Source of the DNA: a virus
IMG/VR virus record: IMGVR_UViG_3300030380_006185
Location: 92,274-156,273 of that record
Strand: one strand, 5' to 3'
Length of the DNA: 64,000 nt
Of the stretch, positions 19,863 to 27,825 are shown piece by piece (position 1 is the stretch's first letter; each line of letters starts with the position of its first letter). The notes under the pieces are model-generated. The model was not told the origin of the DNA. It was given only the letters and a program-made list of their open reading frames with translations, and did not search any database. The position numbers and the translations under genes are program-made.

Positions 19863-20648
19863 TTACACTCCTCTTTCTGTGTCAAATGCTATTATATGGT
19901 CTCTACCTGTTAAATTATAGCCATATTCAGCACATAAATCAAATACTAAAGGATACATTTTAATTAATTCTTTTCTTGTATCACCCGCAGGCATTATAAA
20001 TGTTTTATGTTTTGGTATTTCCATTTTAATTCTAAAGTCCTCTATTTCTTTTAAACACTCATCAGTACCATCCCAAACTGGTTTATAATGATAATCAGTG
20101 TGGTAGTCTAATGTTTTTCTAATAGCACTATAATTTAGTCTTAATTTATTATGTTGCTTAATCATTCTTTCATCTGTTTCTTTTCCATTAGGTGTTAAAG
20201 CACCTAATTTAGGAACAGAATTAGAAAATTTAGGAGATAGAGAAATCAAACCTAATGGAAAATCAGTTTTAAGAAAATGAGAACCTTCAGTTTCAATAGT
20301 AATAAGAATGCCTCTTTGATTTGCAAAATGAGTTAACTCATTTACTAATTTAGGATGCATTGTAGGAGAACCACCTGTTAACATCATTTCTTTTACATGG
20401 GGGTTTTCATCATATATTTTAATAATATCATTAAAATTAAATGTTCCTTTTTCTGGGTGGATGCTTGTGTACCAAGAATCACACCACCCTCCTTCTTCTC
20501 CAAAGTAACACCTGTGAGTGCACCCAGTTGTTCTAACTGCAATGGTAGGTCTTCCAAATCGGCTACCTTCAGATTGAACACACCTATATAATTCTAGTAT
20601 AGGTAATCTTTTATCAAAATCTTTTATTCTTCCTAATGGTTTTTCCAT
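19863..20648 (-). CDS. queE: 7-carboxy-7-deazaguanine synthase (radical SAM)
   Basis: VQSEG, RTTGCTHRC...WCDS, LTGGSP, IETEG, SLSPK. Confidence 0.9.
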   Translation of the reverse strand: MEKPLGRIKDFDKRLPILELYRCVQSEGSRFGRPTIAVRTTGCTHRCYFGEEGGWCDSWYTSIHPEKGTFNFNDIIKIYDENPHVKEMMLTGGSPTMHPKLVNELTHFANQRGILITIETEGSHFLKTDFPLGLISLSPKFSNSVPKLGALTPNGKETDERMIKQHNKLRLNYSAIRKTLDYHTDYHYKPVWDGTDECLKEIEDFRIKMEIPKHKTFIMPAGDTRKELIKMYPLVFDLCAEYGYNLTGRDHIIAFDTERGV

Positions 20649-20710
20649 ACTATTTTATTAAAATATATTTAATTTTTATGTTGTTATAAGTAACTGTTGA
20701 TATCCAATAA

Positions 20711-21172
20711 TTATTCTCCATAAATTGCTGTATTTTTTCCATGTTCCATAAATTCAACTTGTACTACTCTTACTCGTCCATCTGTTTCTTCCTCAACAAA
20801 CATATTAAGTTTATTGTAGATATACTCAGCAAATTTTTCTGCACCAGTAGCATCTATTACTCTTAATTGGATTAAATTTTGTGCATCCATCATTCTAAAT
20901 GAATCCAATTCGGGGTCGTCGTTTGCAGCAATTAATGTGTGATCAAACATGTAATCCATCCAGTCTTTAGGGGACATACCATCTATTTGGGTTTTAGCTC
21001 GTTTCATTCCTCCAAAGTCCCAAACCCAATTTCTATGGTCAAGTAACCCTTCAAAAGTTACTTTAAATGATACTCCATACCCATGTAAATAACTACAATG
21101 TGTTTCTTTTGCTCTCCATTGACGGAATACTGTACTAAATCCGTCAAATATTTTAGTTGATTGATGTTTCAT
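20711..21172 (-). CDS. queD: 6-carboxy-tetrahydropterin synthase
   Basis: HCSYLHGY, WVWDFG, FDHT, GAEKFA; between queC and queE. Confidence 0.85.
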   Translation of the reverse strand: MKHQSTKIFDGFSTVFRQWRAKETHCSYLHGYGVSFKVTFEGLLDHRNWVWDFGGMKRAKTQIDGMSPKDWMDYMFDHTLIAANDDPELDSFRMMDAQNLIQLRVIDATGAEKFAEYIYNKLNMFVEEETDGRVRVVQVEFMEHGKNTAIYGE

Positions 21173-22038
21173 TATTTTATATTTAATTGTTCTTTTTCAT
21201 ACTCTGAAAGTACTTGTTCAACATATATTCTTGCTGTTTCCCATTTTACAGGGCCTGTTTCATCAGCATATCTTACAGGATCAGGTCTTCCCAATTTAAT
21301 AAATGCTTCTACTCGTTCAACTGAACTAGCTGATTTGTAATCTGAAAACCAATTATCACCTGAAGTAGATATAATTTGGATTGGTTTGTAACTTGTATTT
21401 GTACGAGAATAAACTTCATCAAAATCAAAACCTAAATATTTACATAGTTTTTCTCCATCTTGTAAGATAGTAAATTTATCACCTTCAAGATAAGGTGTAA
21501 AGTAACCTACTTTATCAGCATCCCAATTGCCTATTCTAAAAGCTGCATCGTCTGCATCTCTAAACTCTTGTCTGCAATCTGGGTAAATAGCATGATCACC
21601 TGCATGGATACCAAGTGCAATATCACAACCTTCACCTGTTTGGTTTGCTCTAGATAATGCTACTGCTTGTGTAATAGAGGCAAATATTTTATTTCTATTA
21701 GGTACAACAGTTGCTTTCATATTATCTTCAGCATAATGACCTTCGGGTACTTCATCTCCACCATCCACTAAAGCAGAATCAAGTAAATCAACTAAACCAT
21801 CTAGCTTAATTACTCTATATTTAACACCAGGATGTGAATCCCCATGTACTCCAATATTAATCATTACCTCATTATTAATATAATCTACTAATGATTGAGC
21901 GCGTTCTAACTCAACTCTATGTTTTTGTCCATAATCAAATGAAATAGCTGTTACCGTGTCATATTCTTTAAGACAACGTAACAACAATGTACTGGAATCC
22001 ATTCCTCCAGATAGGGAAACTACAACATGTTTTTCCAT
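21172..22038 (-). CDS. queC: 7-cyano-7-deazaguanine synthase (Zn-Cys-less variant)
   Basis: SGGMDS, FDYGQKH, VPNRN, HAGDHAIYPDCR. Confidence 0.92.
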   Translation of the reverse strand: MEKHVVVSLSGGMDSSTLLLRCLKEYDTVTAISFDYGQKHRVELERAQSLVDYINNEVMINIGVHGDSHPGVKYRVIKLDGLVDLLDSALVDGGDEVPEGHYAEDNMKATVVPNRNKIFASITQAVALSRANQTGEGCDIALGIHAGDHAIYPDCRQEFRDADDAAFRIGNWDADKVGYFTPYLEGDKFTILQDGEKLCKYLGFDFDEVYSRTNTSYKPIQIISTSGDNWFSDYKSASSVERVEAFIKLGRPDPVRYADETGPVKWETARIYVEQVLSEYEKEQLNIK

Positions 22039-22205
22039 AATTCTTCGTTATTTAAATGTTTAAATTCTTCTATTGTTAATCCTTTCATTAACATAAATGC
22101 TTCAAAATCTATGTCTAATAAACGATAATAATCATACCAATTTTCTTTCCATTCTTCACGGAATTTTTCAAATTCAATTTTTTTATTTAAATCTTTTTCA
22201 GTCAT
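22020..22205 (-). CDS. Hypothetical protein (MTEKDLNKK...)
   Basis: Start moved to the ATGA overlap with the upstream mini-gene. Confidence 0.55.
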   Translation of the reverse strand: MTEKDLNKKIEFEKFREEWKENWYDYYRLLDIDFEAFMLMKGLTIEEFKHLNNEELWKNML

Positions 22206-22294
22206 TCTATCATCATTATTAATATCATTATTATGGAAAAGATTACTATACCTAACCATGCTTCAAAACAACCTGTATTTTCTTCTTTACTCAT
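22202..22294 (-). CDS. 30-aa single-TM mini-protein (junction array)
   Basis: MSKEENTGCFEAWLGIVIFSIIMILIMMIE*. Confidence 0.55.
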   Translation of the reverse strand: MSKEENTGCFEAWLGIVIFSIIMILIMMIE

Positions 22295-22457
22295 CTTCTA
22301 TGTTTTTTATTTTTTTAATAATAAACTCAGATGATATAAGTTCTCTTACCCATCCTTCAATACCATTAAACCCATTTTTAATAATGTCATTACATATATT
22401 TTTAGTATAGTTAATAACTAATTCTTCAAATTCTTTTCTTGAAATTTCTTTACTCAT
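22287..22457 (-). CDS. 56-aa mini-protein (junction array)
   Basis: MSKEISRKEFEELV...KNIEDE*. Confidence 0.6.
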   Translation of the reverse strand: MSKEISRKEFEELVINYTKNICNDIIKNGFNGIEGWVRELISSEFIIKKIKNIEDE

Positions 22458-22469
22458 TTTTGTTTTGGT

Positions 22470-22766
22470 TTATACAATTTGTGCAATCAATTCATCCTTA
22501 TTAGTAAAGACATCTTCTTGACTATACCAATCGTATGAACTTTGGGTACTTTTTGTATGTGGATGTATGAAATCTCTTTTTGTTTCTATAAGATAATCTA
22601 TTTCAATACCCGACATTTCAGTAAAAGTTCCATCTAAATTACCCTTAGTATAAGGTTGTTGTTCGGTAACTCTAATCTTGTCTATCCTATTTTTACTTAT
22701 CTTTTTATCTCTTAATACATAGACATCTTGCCCTACTTCATACTTTACATTATATTGTTTACTCAT
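22470..22766 (-). CDS. Hypothetical protein (junction array)
   Basis: MSKQYNVKYEVGQ... Confidence 0.65.
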   Translation of the reverse strand: MSKQYNVKYEVGQDVYVLRDKKISKNRIDKIRVTEQQPYTKGNLDGTFTEMSGIEIDYLIETKRDFIHPHTKSTQSSYDWYSQEDVFTNKDELIAQIV

Positions 22767-22960
22767 CTTTGTTTTGGTTTTAAGTATTCTTCAATATCTC
22801 TTGACATCTCATCAAAGGTTATCCCTTGTGTGTCTGCCATATCTTGAATCTGTTTATCAGTAAGTACTAAAAAGTTAGCCTTAGGTTTTCTGTTCTTATG
22901 AATTTCATTAGCTTCCTTTAGTAACTTACTGACTAATTTCTTATCTTCTTCTTTACTCAT
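22763..22960 (-). CDS. Hypothetical protein (junction array)
   Basis: MSKEE...KPKQR*. Confidence 0.65.
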   Translation of the reverse strand: MSKEEDKKLVSKLLKEANEIHKNRKPKANFLVLTDKQIQDMADTQGITFDEMSRDIEEYLKPKQR

Positions 22961-23214
22961 CTTTGTTTTGGTTTATTTATAAGTAACTTTGTTAATTCTT
23001 CTTCAACATCAGGATGATAATATACATCAAGTCCATTCCACCAACTAACAAAAGATTCTTCACCCATTCGTTTCTTTAATTGTTTCTTCTTCTTTCTGGG
23101 TAATCTACCGTACCATTCTTTATTATTTTCACAAACTTTCCATTCATGTTGTAATGGTATCACCTCACCCTTAACCTCAATGGTTTCTAACTGTATGTTA
23201 ATCTCTTTACTCAT
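22957..23214 (-). CDS. Hypothetical protein (junction array)
   Basis: MSKEI...RLPRKKKK...KPKQR*. Confidence 0.65.
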   Translation of the reverse strand: MSKEINIQLETIEVKGEVIPLQHEWKVCENNKEWYGRLPRKKKKQLKKRMGEESFVSWWNGLDVYYHPDVEEELTKLLINKPKQR

Positions 23215-23359
23215 CTTTGTTTTGGTTTAAGTATTCTTGAAAATTTATTGTTCTATCAACTTCTTTTAGTGTTTCTTCCACCACCATTTTTAGTGTTTCA
23301 TCTTCAGATTCAACCACCCATCCCTTTTTATGAACCCATTTGTAATTTACTTCTTTCAT
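23207..23359 (-). CDS. 50-aa mini-protein (junction array)
   Basis: MKEVNYKWVHKKGW...EYLNQNKDE*. Confidence 0.6.
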   Translation of the reverse strand: MKEVNYKWVHKKGWVVESEDETLKMVVEETLKEVDRTINFQEYLNQNKDE

Positions 23360-23517
23360 CTTTGTTTTGGTTTAAGTGTTCTGATAGATTTAGGGATATA
23401 GGGTAATATTTTAACCTTACCGCCATACTCTTCTTTAATGGACTTTATTATAGTTTCTTTCATTTCTTTAGTATACGAACTAAAATCTTCTGGTGTATGT
23501 ACTGTTATTTTACTCAT
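23356..23517 (-). CDS. 53-aa mini-protein (junction array)
   Basis: MSKITVHTPEDF...LKPKQR*. Confidence 0.6.
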   Translation of the reverse strand: MSKITVHTPEDFSSYTKEMKETIIKSIKEEYGGKVKILPYIPKSIRTLKPKQR

Positions 23518-23529
23518 CTTTGTTTGGGT

Positions 23530-23658
23530 TTATCTAGTTTCATAATAACCTTTGCCTTTGTAATTCACATTTTTGTCTTTTCCAATGTAAAACAAGAACC
23601 ATATAATGGTAATAATAAAAACCAATTTAAGTATTAATCCAATATCAATTCTTCTCAT
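23530..23658 (-). CDS. 42-aa single-TM mini-protein (junction array)
   Basis: MRRIDIGLILKLVFIITIIWFLFYIGKDKNVNYKGKGYYETR*. Confidence 0.6.
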   Translation of the reverse strand: MRRIDIGLILKLVFIITIIWFLFYIGKDKNVNYKGKGYYETR

Positions 23659-23851
23659 CTTTGTTTTGGTTTTTAATATTCAACACCCATTCCAGTAAAT
23701 CAACCATACTACATTGTGTTTCGAATTGATGATGTTTTTCAGATATGCCCCACAAACCCCCATTTGGTGGATTATTTAAGAAATGAGATAATTCATCTTT
23801 ATGTTTATTCATTTCTATTAATTTTTCATATATTTCTTCTCTACTTCTCAT
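23645..23851 (-). CDS. Hypothetical protein (junction array)
   Basis: MRSREEI...LLEWVL...NQNKDEKN*. Confidence 0.65.
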   Translation of the reverse strand: MRSREEIYEKLIEMNKHKDELSHFLNNPPNGGLWGISEKHHQFETQCSMVDLLEWVLNIKNQNKDEKN

Positions 23852-24093
23852 CTTCTTTGTTTTTGTTTAGTATCAATAATATGCTCACCATCACCTAGAT
23901 GTAATGTTTCCATATGGATTTTAGCTGAATAAAGGTAATCCTTTTTCCATCCAAAAATATCATCGGTCTGATAACCGTTTCCCATCAAGTATCTTTCAGC
24001 ATGTAGTTTAGTTTCAAAATACATATAAGACTTAGTATTATACTTACCATCATATTGATTGAAGTTTATAATTGCTATTGTTTTGTTACTCAT
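23848..24093 (-). CDS. Hypothetical protein (junction array)
   Basis: MSNKT...KQKQRR*. Confidence 0.65.
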   Translation of the reverse strand: MSNKTIAIINFNQYDGKYNTKSYMYFETKLHAERYLMGNGYQTDDIFGWKKDYLYSAKIHMETLHLGDGEHIIDTKQKQRR

Positions 24094-24105
24094 CTTTGTT
24101 TTAGT

Positions 24106-24222
24106 TTATAATTTAGTTATTGAATATAATAAAATACTTATGACAATTCCTATAAAAATACCAATAGTAATTCCTTTTGATAAAGCCCAGTTCATATCTC
24201 TAACGTAATCTTCGTGTCTCAT
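24106..24222 (-). CDS. 38-aa single-TM mini-protein (junction array)
   Basis: MRHEDYVRDMNWALSKGITIGIFIGIVISILLYSITKL*. Confidence 0.6.
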   Translation of the reverse strand: MRHEDYVRDMNWALSKGITIGIFIGIVISILLYSITKL

Positions 24223-24725
24223 CTTCTTTGTTTTGGTGGTCTACCTCTTCTTTCTATTGATCTACCAGAGCGATCAAATGTTTTTAAACAATACATATAA
24301 AATTCTTCTGTTGTACCATCAAAATTTATAATATGCTCTTCATACTCATCTTTTGTCATAACAAATTCTCGTAAAAAACCTTTTTGTAGTGCTTCTAATT
24401 TAGCAGTTTCATCTTTTTCAAAATCTTCAATTAATCGTTTTCTTCGAGCTAAATCGACTTGGTTTGATTCAATTAATCTTTGATGATCATTACCATAAGA
24501 TTTAAATACTTCATTAAGTTCTATCTCAGTTAATTTCCACTGCCAGTAATAATGTGAAAATTCATATTCACCGTTTTTAATACGATCTAAAAATGTTGAT
24601 TTTTTTGGTAATGGTGGGGTTTTTGTTGTATATCGTCTCCACCAAAAGAATTGATTATAATTTAAGGGTTGTAACTGTTTTATTTTTTGTTTTACAGTTT
24701 TTTCATCAGACGTATTGTATAACAT
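24219..24725 (-). CDS. Hypothetical protein heading the junction array
   Basis: 168 aa, ends RRGRPPKQRR; own promoter motif at 24741. Confidence 0.7.
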   Translation of the reverse strand: MLYNTSDEKTVKQKIKQLQPLNYNQFFWWRRYTTKTPPLPKKSTFLDRIKNGEYEFSHYYWQWKLTEIELNEVFKSYGNDHQRLIESNQVDLARRKRLIEDFEKDETAKLEALQKGFLREFVMTKDEYEEHIINFDGTTEEFYMYCLKTFDRSGRSIERRGRPPKQRR

Positions 24726-24772
24726 AACCTTTAATTTGTAGTAATATAAGAAAAAAACTTGTAATCTCCAAG

Positions 24773-25567
24773 CTATAATCCGTTTATTTCACGAAACTTT
24801 TTAACATTATACTCTATAAACTCTAAATTAGCATCCTTTTCTTCTATATCTTGAAAATTATTCATATTTGCCTCTGGTTTATGAGGTAAACCTAAATCAA
24901 AATACATTTTTTGTTCAATGCCCGCCATTACTGGGTTTGATGTATCTATTGATTCAATACATTTCATGTTTTTATATAATCCAAATTCAATTGGGGAAGC
25001 AGTGCCTAATAAATGTACTCTATCTGTTGGGGATAATATTCCATCTTTTATTAAATTGTTTATAACCATATATCTACCAATTGCTTTACCAAAATCTTTA
25101 TTTGGGTGGGGGCAAACATCATTATAATATGAAGCACCGTATGAATATGCTATTTTTTTATATCCTAAATCTTTATACATTTGAGTACATAACGCTGCAT
25201 AATGTTGTGTTTTAGCTTGTACTACTGCAACCTTAGTAACTCCTTCAGGTAATTCAATTTGAGACCATATTTTAGCATTTCTAACTGATTCGCTATAATC
25301 TTCCCAAACATCAGGTACTATAAATTCATCAGGTTTAATTTCTTTAATCCAATGTAGTAAACGATCTGTATTATATGCTTCTCCTAATTCATGTAGTGAA
25401 TTATCCATTACAACATATCTACCTATACTTTTAACATTATTAAAAAATGTTCTATACTCTTCATTTTGATCTAATAAATGAGGTAAACAATAATCATAGT
25501 CATTAAATTCAAGACTTTTACTTAATAAACAAAATGGTACTTCGTGAGATATTTTTACTTTTTTCAT
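24773..25567 (-). CDS. TGT-fold protein, putative DpdA-type 7-deazaguanine transglycosylase
   Basis: VMDNS, IVPDV, AVVQ, VHLLG, SIDTS motifs in TGT order; same cluster as queCDE/folE2. Confidence 0.65.
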   Translation of the reverse strand: MKKVKISHEVPFCLLSKSLEFNDYDYCLPHLLDQNEEYRTFFNNVKSIGRYVVMDNSLHELGEAYNTDRLLHWIKEIKPDEFIVPDVWEDYSESVRNAKIWSQIELPEGVTKVAVVQAKTQHYAALCTQMYKDLGYKKIAYSYGASYYNDVCPHPNKDFGKAIGRYMVINNLIKDGILSPTDRVHLLGTASPIEFGLYKNMKCIESIDTSNPVMAGIEQKMYFDLGLPHKPEANMNNFQDIEEKDANLEFIEYNVKKFREINGL

Positions 25568-25608
25568 AACCTAAATATAATTAATAACCTTTAAAAAAAC
25601 ACGTAACC

Positions 25609-26631
25609 TTAATAAGTTTTAGTGTTATCTTCGTCTATTTCTTTTATTTTTTGTTGTAAATTTTGTATAGCAATCCCTGATTTTTTACTAGATGCTCCTT
25701 GTTTTTGGATTTTTTGGATTTCATCTAAATATTGTTGTTTTTCTTTTGAAATTAGAGGGGGAGATGAAGGTAAAATGATTTTAGGGGTTGGTTGTTTTTT
25801 AACTAATGTTCTTTTTTTTTCTTTATATAAGTTAACTTTAGGTTTATTTTTTAAAAATAAATTATTTGCAGAAATAAGTAACATAACAGCTAAGGGATCA
25901 AAAACAAATATAAAAACTAATATAAACCAATTTACTACTTGGTCAGTATCTTTTCCTGTAATATTAGCAACATATTTTAAAGGTCCAATTTCAGCAGCAA
26001 CATCTGAGTTAGTTTCTAGGTCTAATATATTTAAATCAAGTTGGGTTACACTATCATTTAAAGCATCTTGTTTTAAAGCTATACTATCTCTTCTAGCAGT
26101 TTGAGAATCTAATTGTTGTTGTATAATTCTACGAGTTGAAGATGATTGAGTAGTTATAAGTTGCCCTTCACTATTAGTATATTGAATAACATTATTACCT
26201 AAACTTTCACTTAATTGAATAATTTGAGTATTTATATCTTGTTGTTCTTTTGATATGTTTTTTATTTGTTGTTTATATCTATCTCGTTTTTTTACTTGAA
26301 CTTCAACTTGTTTATCTACTGCTTGCATTTTATAGGATGTTTCTTGATATGCAGAAACTAAAAATCCGTAAATTCCAAGTGAGGTTATAGCCATCAATGC
26401 AATTAAAGCTGTAATAAGGTATGTTTTTTTAAGCCAATGGATAGTCTTCCAGAATCTTTCTAAATATGAAGCAGTAATCAGTTTAGATGCTTCAAGTATG
26501 CCAGCCATTATAATAACTGCTGTTGCTTGTGATGCAAATAACTTACTAATACCAAAAACACTATAATATGCCGCTACTGTTGCTAAACTTAAAGCAGCTA
26601 CTAAAATTAATATTGGGAAAAATCGTTTCAT
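25609..26631 (-). CDS. Membrane protein with long coiled coil
   Basis: About 3 N-terminal TMs, coiled coil, FVFDPLAV TM; start moved to MKRFF. Confidence 0.7.
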   Translation of the reverse strand: MKRFFPILILVAALSLATVAAYYSVFGISKLFASQATAVIIMAGILEASKLITASYLERFWKTIHWLKKTYLITALIALMAITSLGIYGFLVSAYQETSYKMQAVDKQVEVQVKKRDRYKQQIKNISKEQQDINTQIIQLSESLGNNVIQYTNSEGQLITTQSSSTRRIIQQQLDSQTARRDSIALKQDALNDSVTQLDLNILDLETNSDVAAEIGPLKYVANITGKDTDQVVNWFILVFIFVFDPLAVMLLISANNLFLKNKPKVNLYKEKKRTLVKKQPTPKIILPSSPPLISKEKQQYLDEIQKIQKQGASSKKSGIAIQNLQQKIKEIDEDNTKTY

Positions 26632-26639
26632 AGCGTGTA

Positions 26640-26665
26640 AAATAAGGAGCCCCTCTTGGGGCTCC
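26640..26665 (-). terminator. Intrinsic terminator
   Basis: GGAGCCCC-aaga-GGGGCTCC-ttattt. Confidence 0.8.
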
Positions 26666-26683
26666 AAATATTTTTAAATAAAA

Positions 26684-26839
26684 TTATGATTTAAAAGCAA
26701 GTAAGAATTCTCTTACTCCAATACCGAATGCAATACCTGCATATAATACAGCACCTTTTAACAATAATGCAACACCAACTCCACCTGCTAAAGCAGCTCG
26801 GAACCATGATGAGTTTACGATTGATTTGATTTTATTCAT
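26684..26839 (-). CDS. 51-aa hydrophobic protein in the lysis cassette
   Basis: MNKIKSIVNSSWFRAALAGGVGVALLFKGAVLYAGIAFGIGVREFLLAFKS*; not in ORF track. Confidence 0.6.
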   Translation of the reverse strand: MNKIKSIVNSSWFRAALAGGVGVALLLKGAVLYAGIAFGIGVREFLLAFKS

Positions 26840-26858
26840 TATATTGATTTTTGGGGGT

Positions 26859-27563
26859 TTATACTATTTTACTAGATTCAACTTCTTGAATCATTTGGAA
26901 ATGAACTTTAGCTATTCTATCTCTACCTTCTTCTGATAAAAGATACTTGTGACAGTTATCTGAATTAGTCATAAAAAAATTTTCAGAAAGTATTGCAGGC
27001 ATTGAAGTATTAATAAGAACGTAAAAATTAGATTCTTGATCTACATCACCATCTGAATAGGTGTCTTTTCTCATGTATTCTCCTGGAAACTCTCTAAGTG
27101 CTTTTTCAAATAATATAGTAGCTATATCATCCGATTTAGTTTCACCTACTGAAGTATACACTGACCACCCATTAGCAGACTCACTACTAAATCCATTAGC
27201 ATGTACACTTACATATATGCATTTTTGTGATGAAGATTTTGCTATTTGGTTGGCTGTTTTAACACGTTCTGAAAGGCTTATATCTTCTTGAGTGTCAACT
27301 AAATTAATATATTCGATTCCTGCTTCATTGCACATTTTAACTAAACGATTTACAATTGCTCTATTAAATTCTCCTTCAAATAATTGAGTCCCATCAGGCC
27401 ACACAGGTGATCTTTTGCCTGGTGTTTGGTATACCCCATCTATAATACCACCATGCCCATTATCAAATATCCAAAGATAATTTGATTTAGGTGTTGGGTT
27501 ATTTTGGGTAACAGTAAGATCATATTCTGTCCCACAATTAGGACATTTTATTGTTTTATCCAT
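26859..27563 (-). CDS. N-acetylmuramoyl-L-alanine amidase (Amidase_3) endolysin with N-terminal CxxC
   Basis: DNGHGG, EGEFN, LSERV, VSVHAN, PAILSENFFM; start moved to MDKTIKCPNC. Confidence 0.9.
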   Translation of the reverse strand: MDKTIKCPNCGTEYDLTVTQNNPTPKSNYLWIFDNGHGGIIDGVYQTPGKRSPVWPDGTQLFEGEFNRAIVNRLVKMCNEAGIEYINLVDTQEDISLSERVKTANQIAKSSSQKCIYVSVHANGFSSESANGWSVYTSVGETKSDDIATILFEKALREFPGEYMRKDTYSDGDVDQESNFYVLINTSMPAILSENFFMTNSDNCHKYLLSEEGRDRIAKVHFQMIQEVESSKIV

Positions 27564-27801
27564 TGGAGTCTGTTTTATTTGTTTTAGAGTTAGCAAAGGC
27601 TTTAATTGTTGAAACACCCAACATAGTGGCTGAGAAGATAAGCATTGAGTCAAATAATCTTTCATTTATTGAAAAAAAATGAAAACCATCACCTATAAAG
27701 GCAATACAAACAAGAATCCCAGAAATAATACCCATTGTTTTTTTAGAGGAATATTTACTGTCGTTTAGGTCTTCTTTAAAAATATCTTTTACAAACTTCA
27801 T
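27556..27801 (-). CDS. Putative holin (2 TM)
   Basis: 81 aa, two hydrophobic segments, overlaps the endolysin start. Confidence 0.55.
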   Translation of the reverse strand: MKFVKDIFKEDLNDSKYSSKKTMGIISGILVCIAFIGDGFHFFSINERLFDSMLIFSATMLGVSTIKAFANSKTNKTDSNG

Positions 27802-27825
27802 AGTGTTGTTTGTTAATAAATATTG

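Larger units (their letters stand above)
22287..24240 (-). repeat. 11 copies of the gene-junction motif AAACCAAAACAAAG(AAG)ATGA
   Basis: On + strand tcatc(ttc)tttgttttggttt starts at 22291 (degenerate), 22454, 22763, 22957, 23211, 23356, 23514, 23655, 23848, 24090, 24219. Confidence 0.92.

Noticed and set aside
22287-24240. CRISPR array interpretation of the junction repeats
   Set aside because: Spacers are 129-309 bp, variable in length and are complete ORFs; the repeat is short and non-palindromic; no cas operon.
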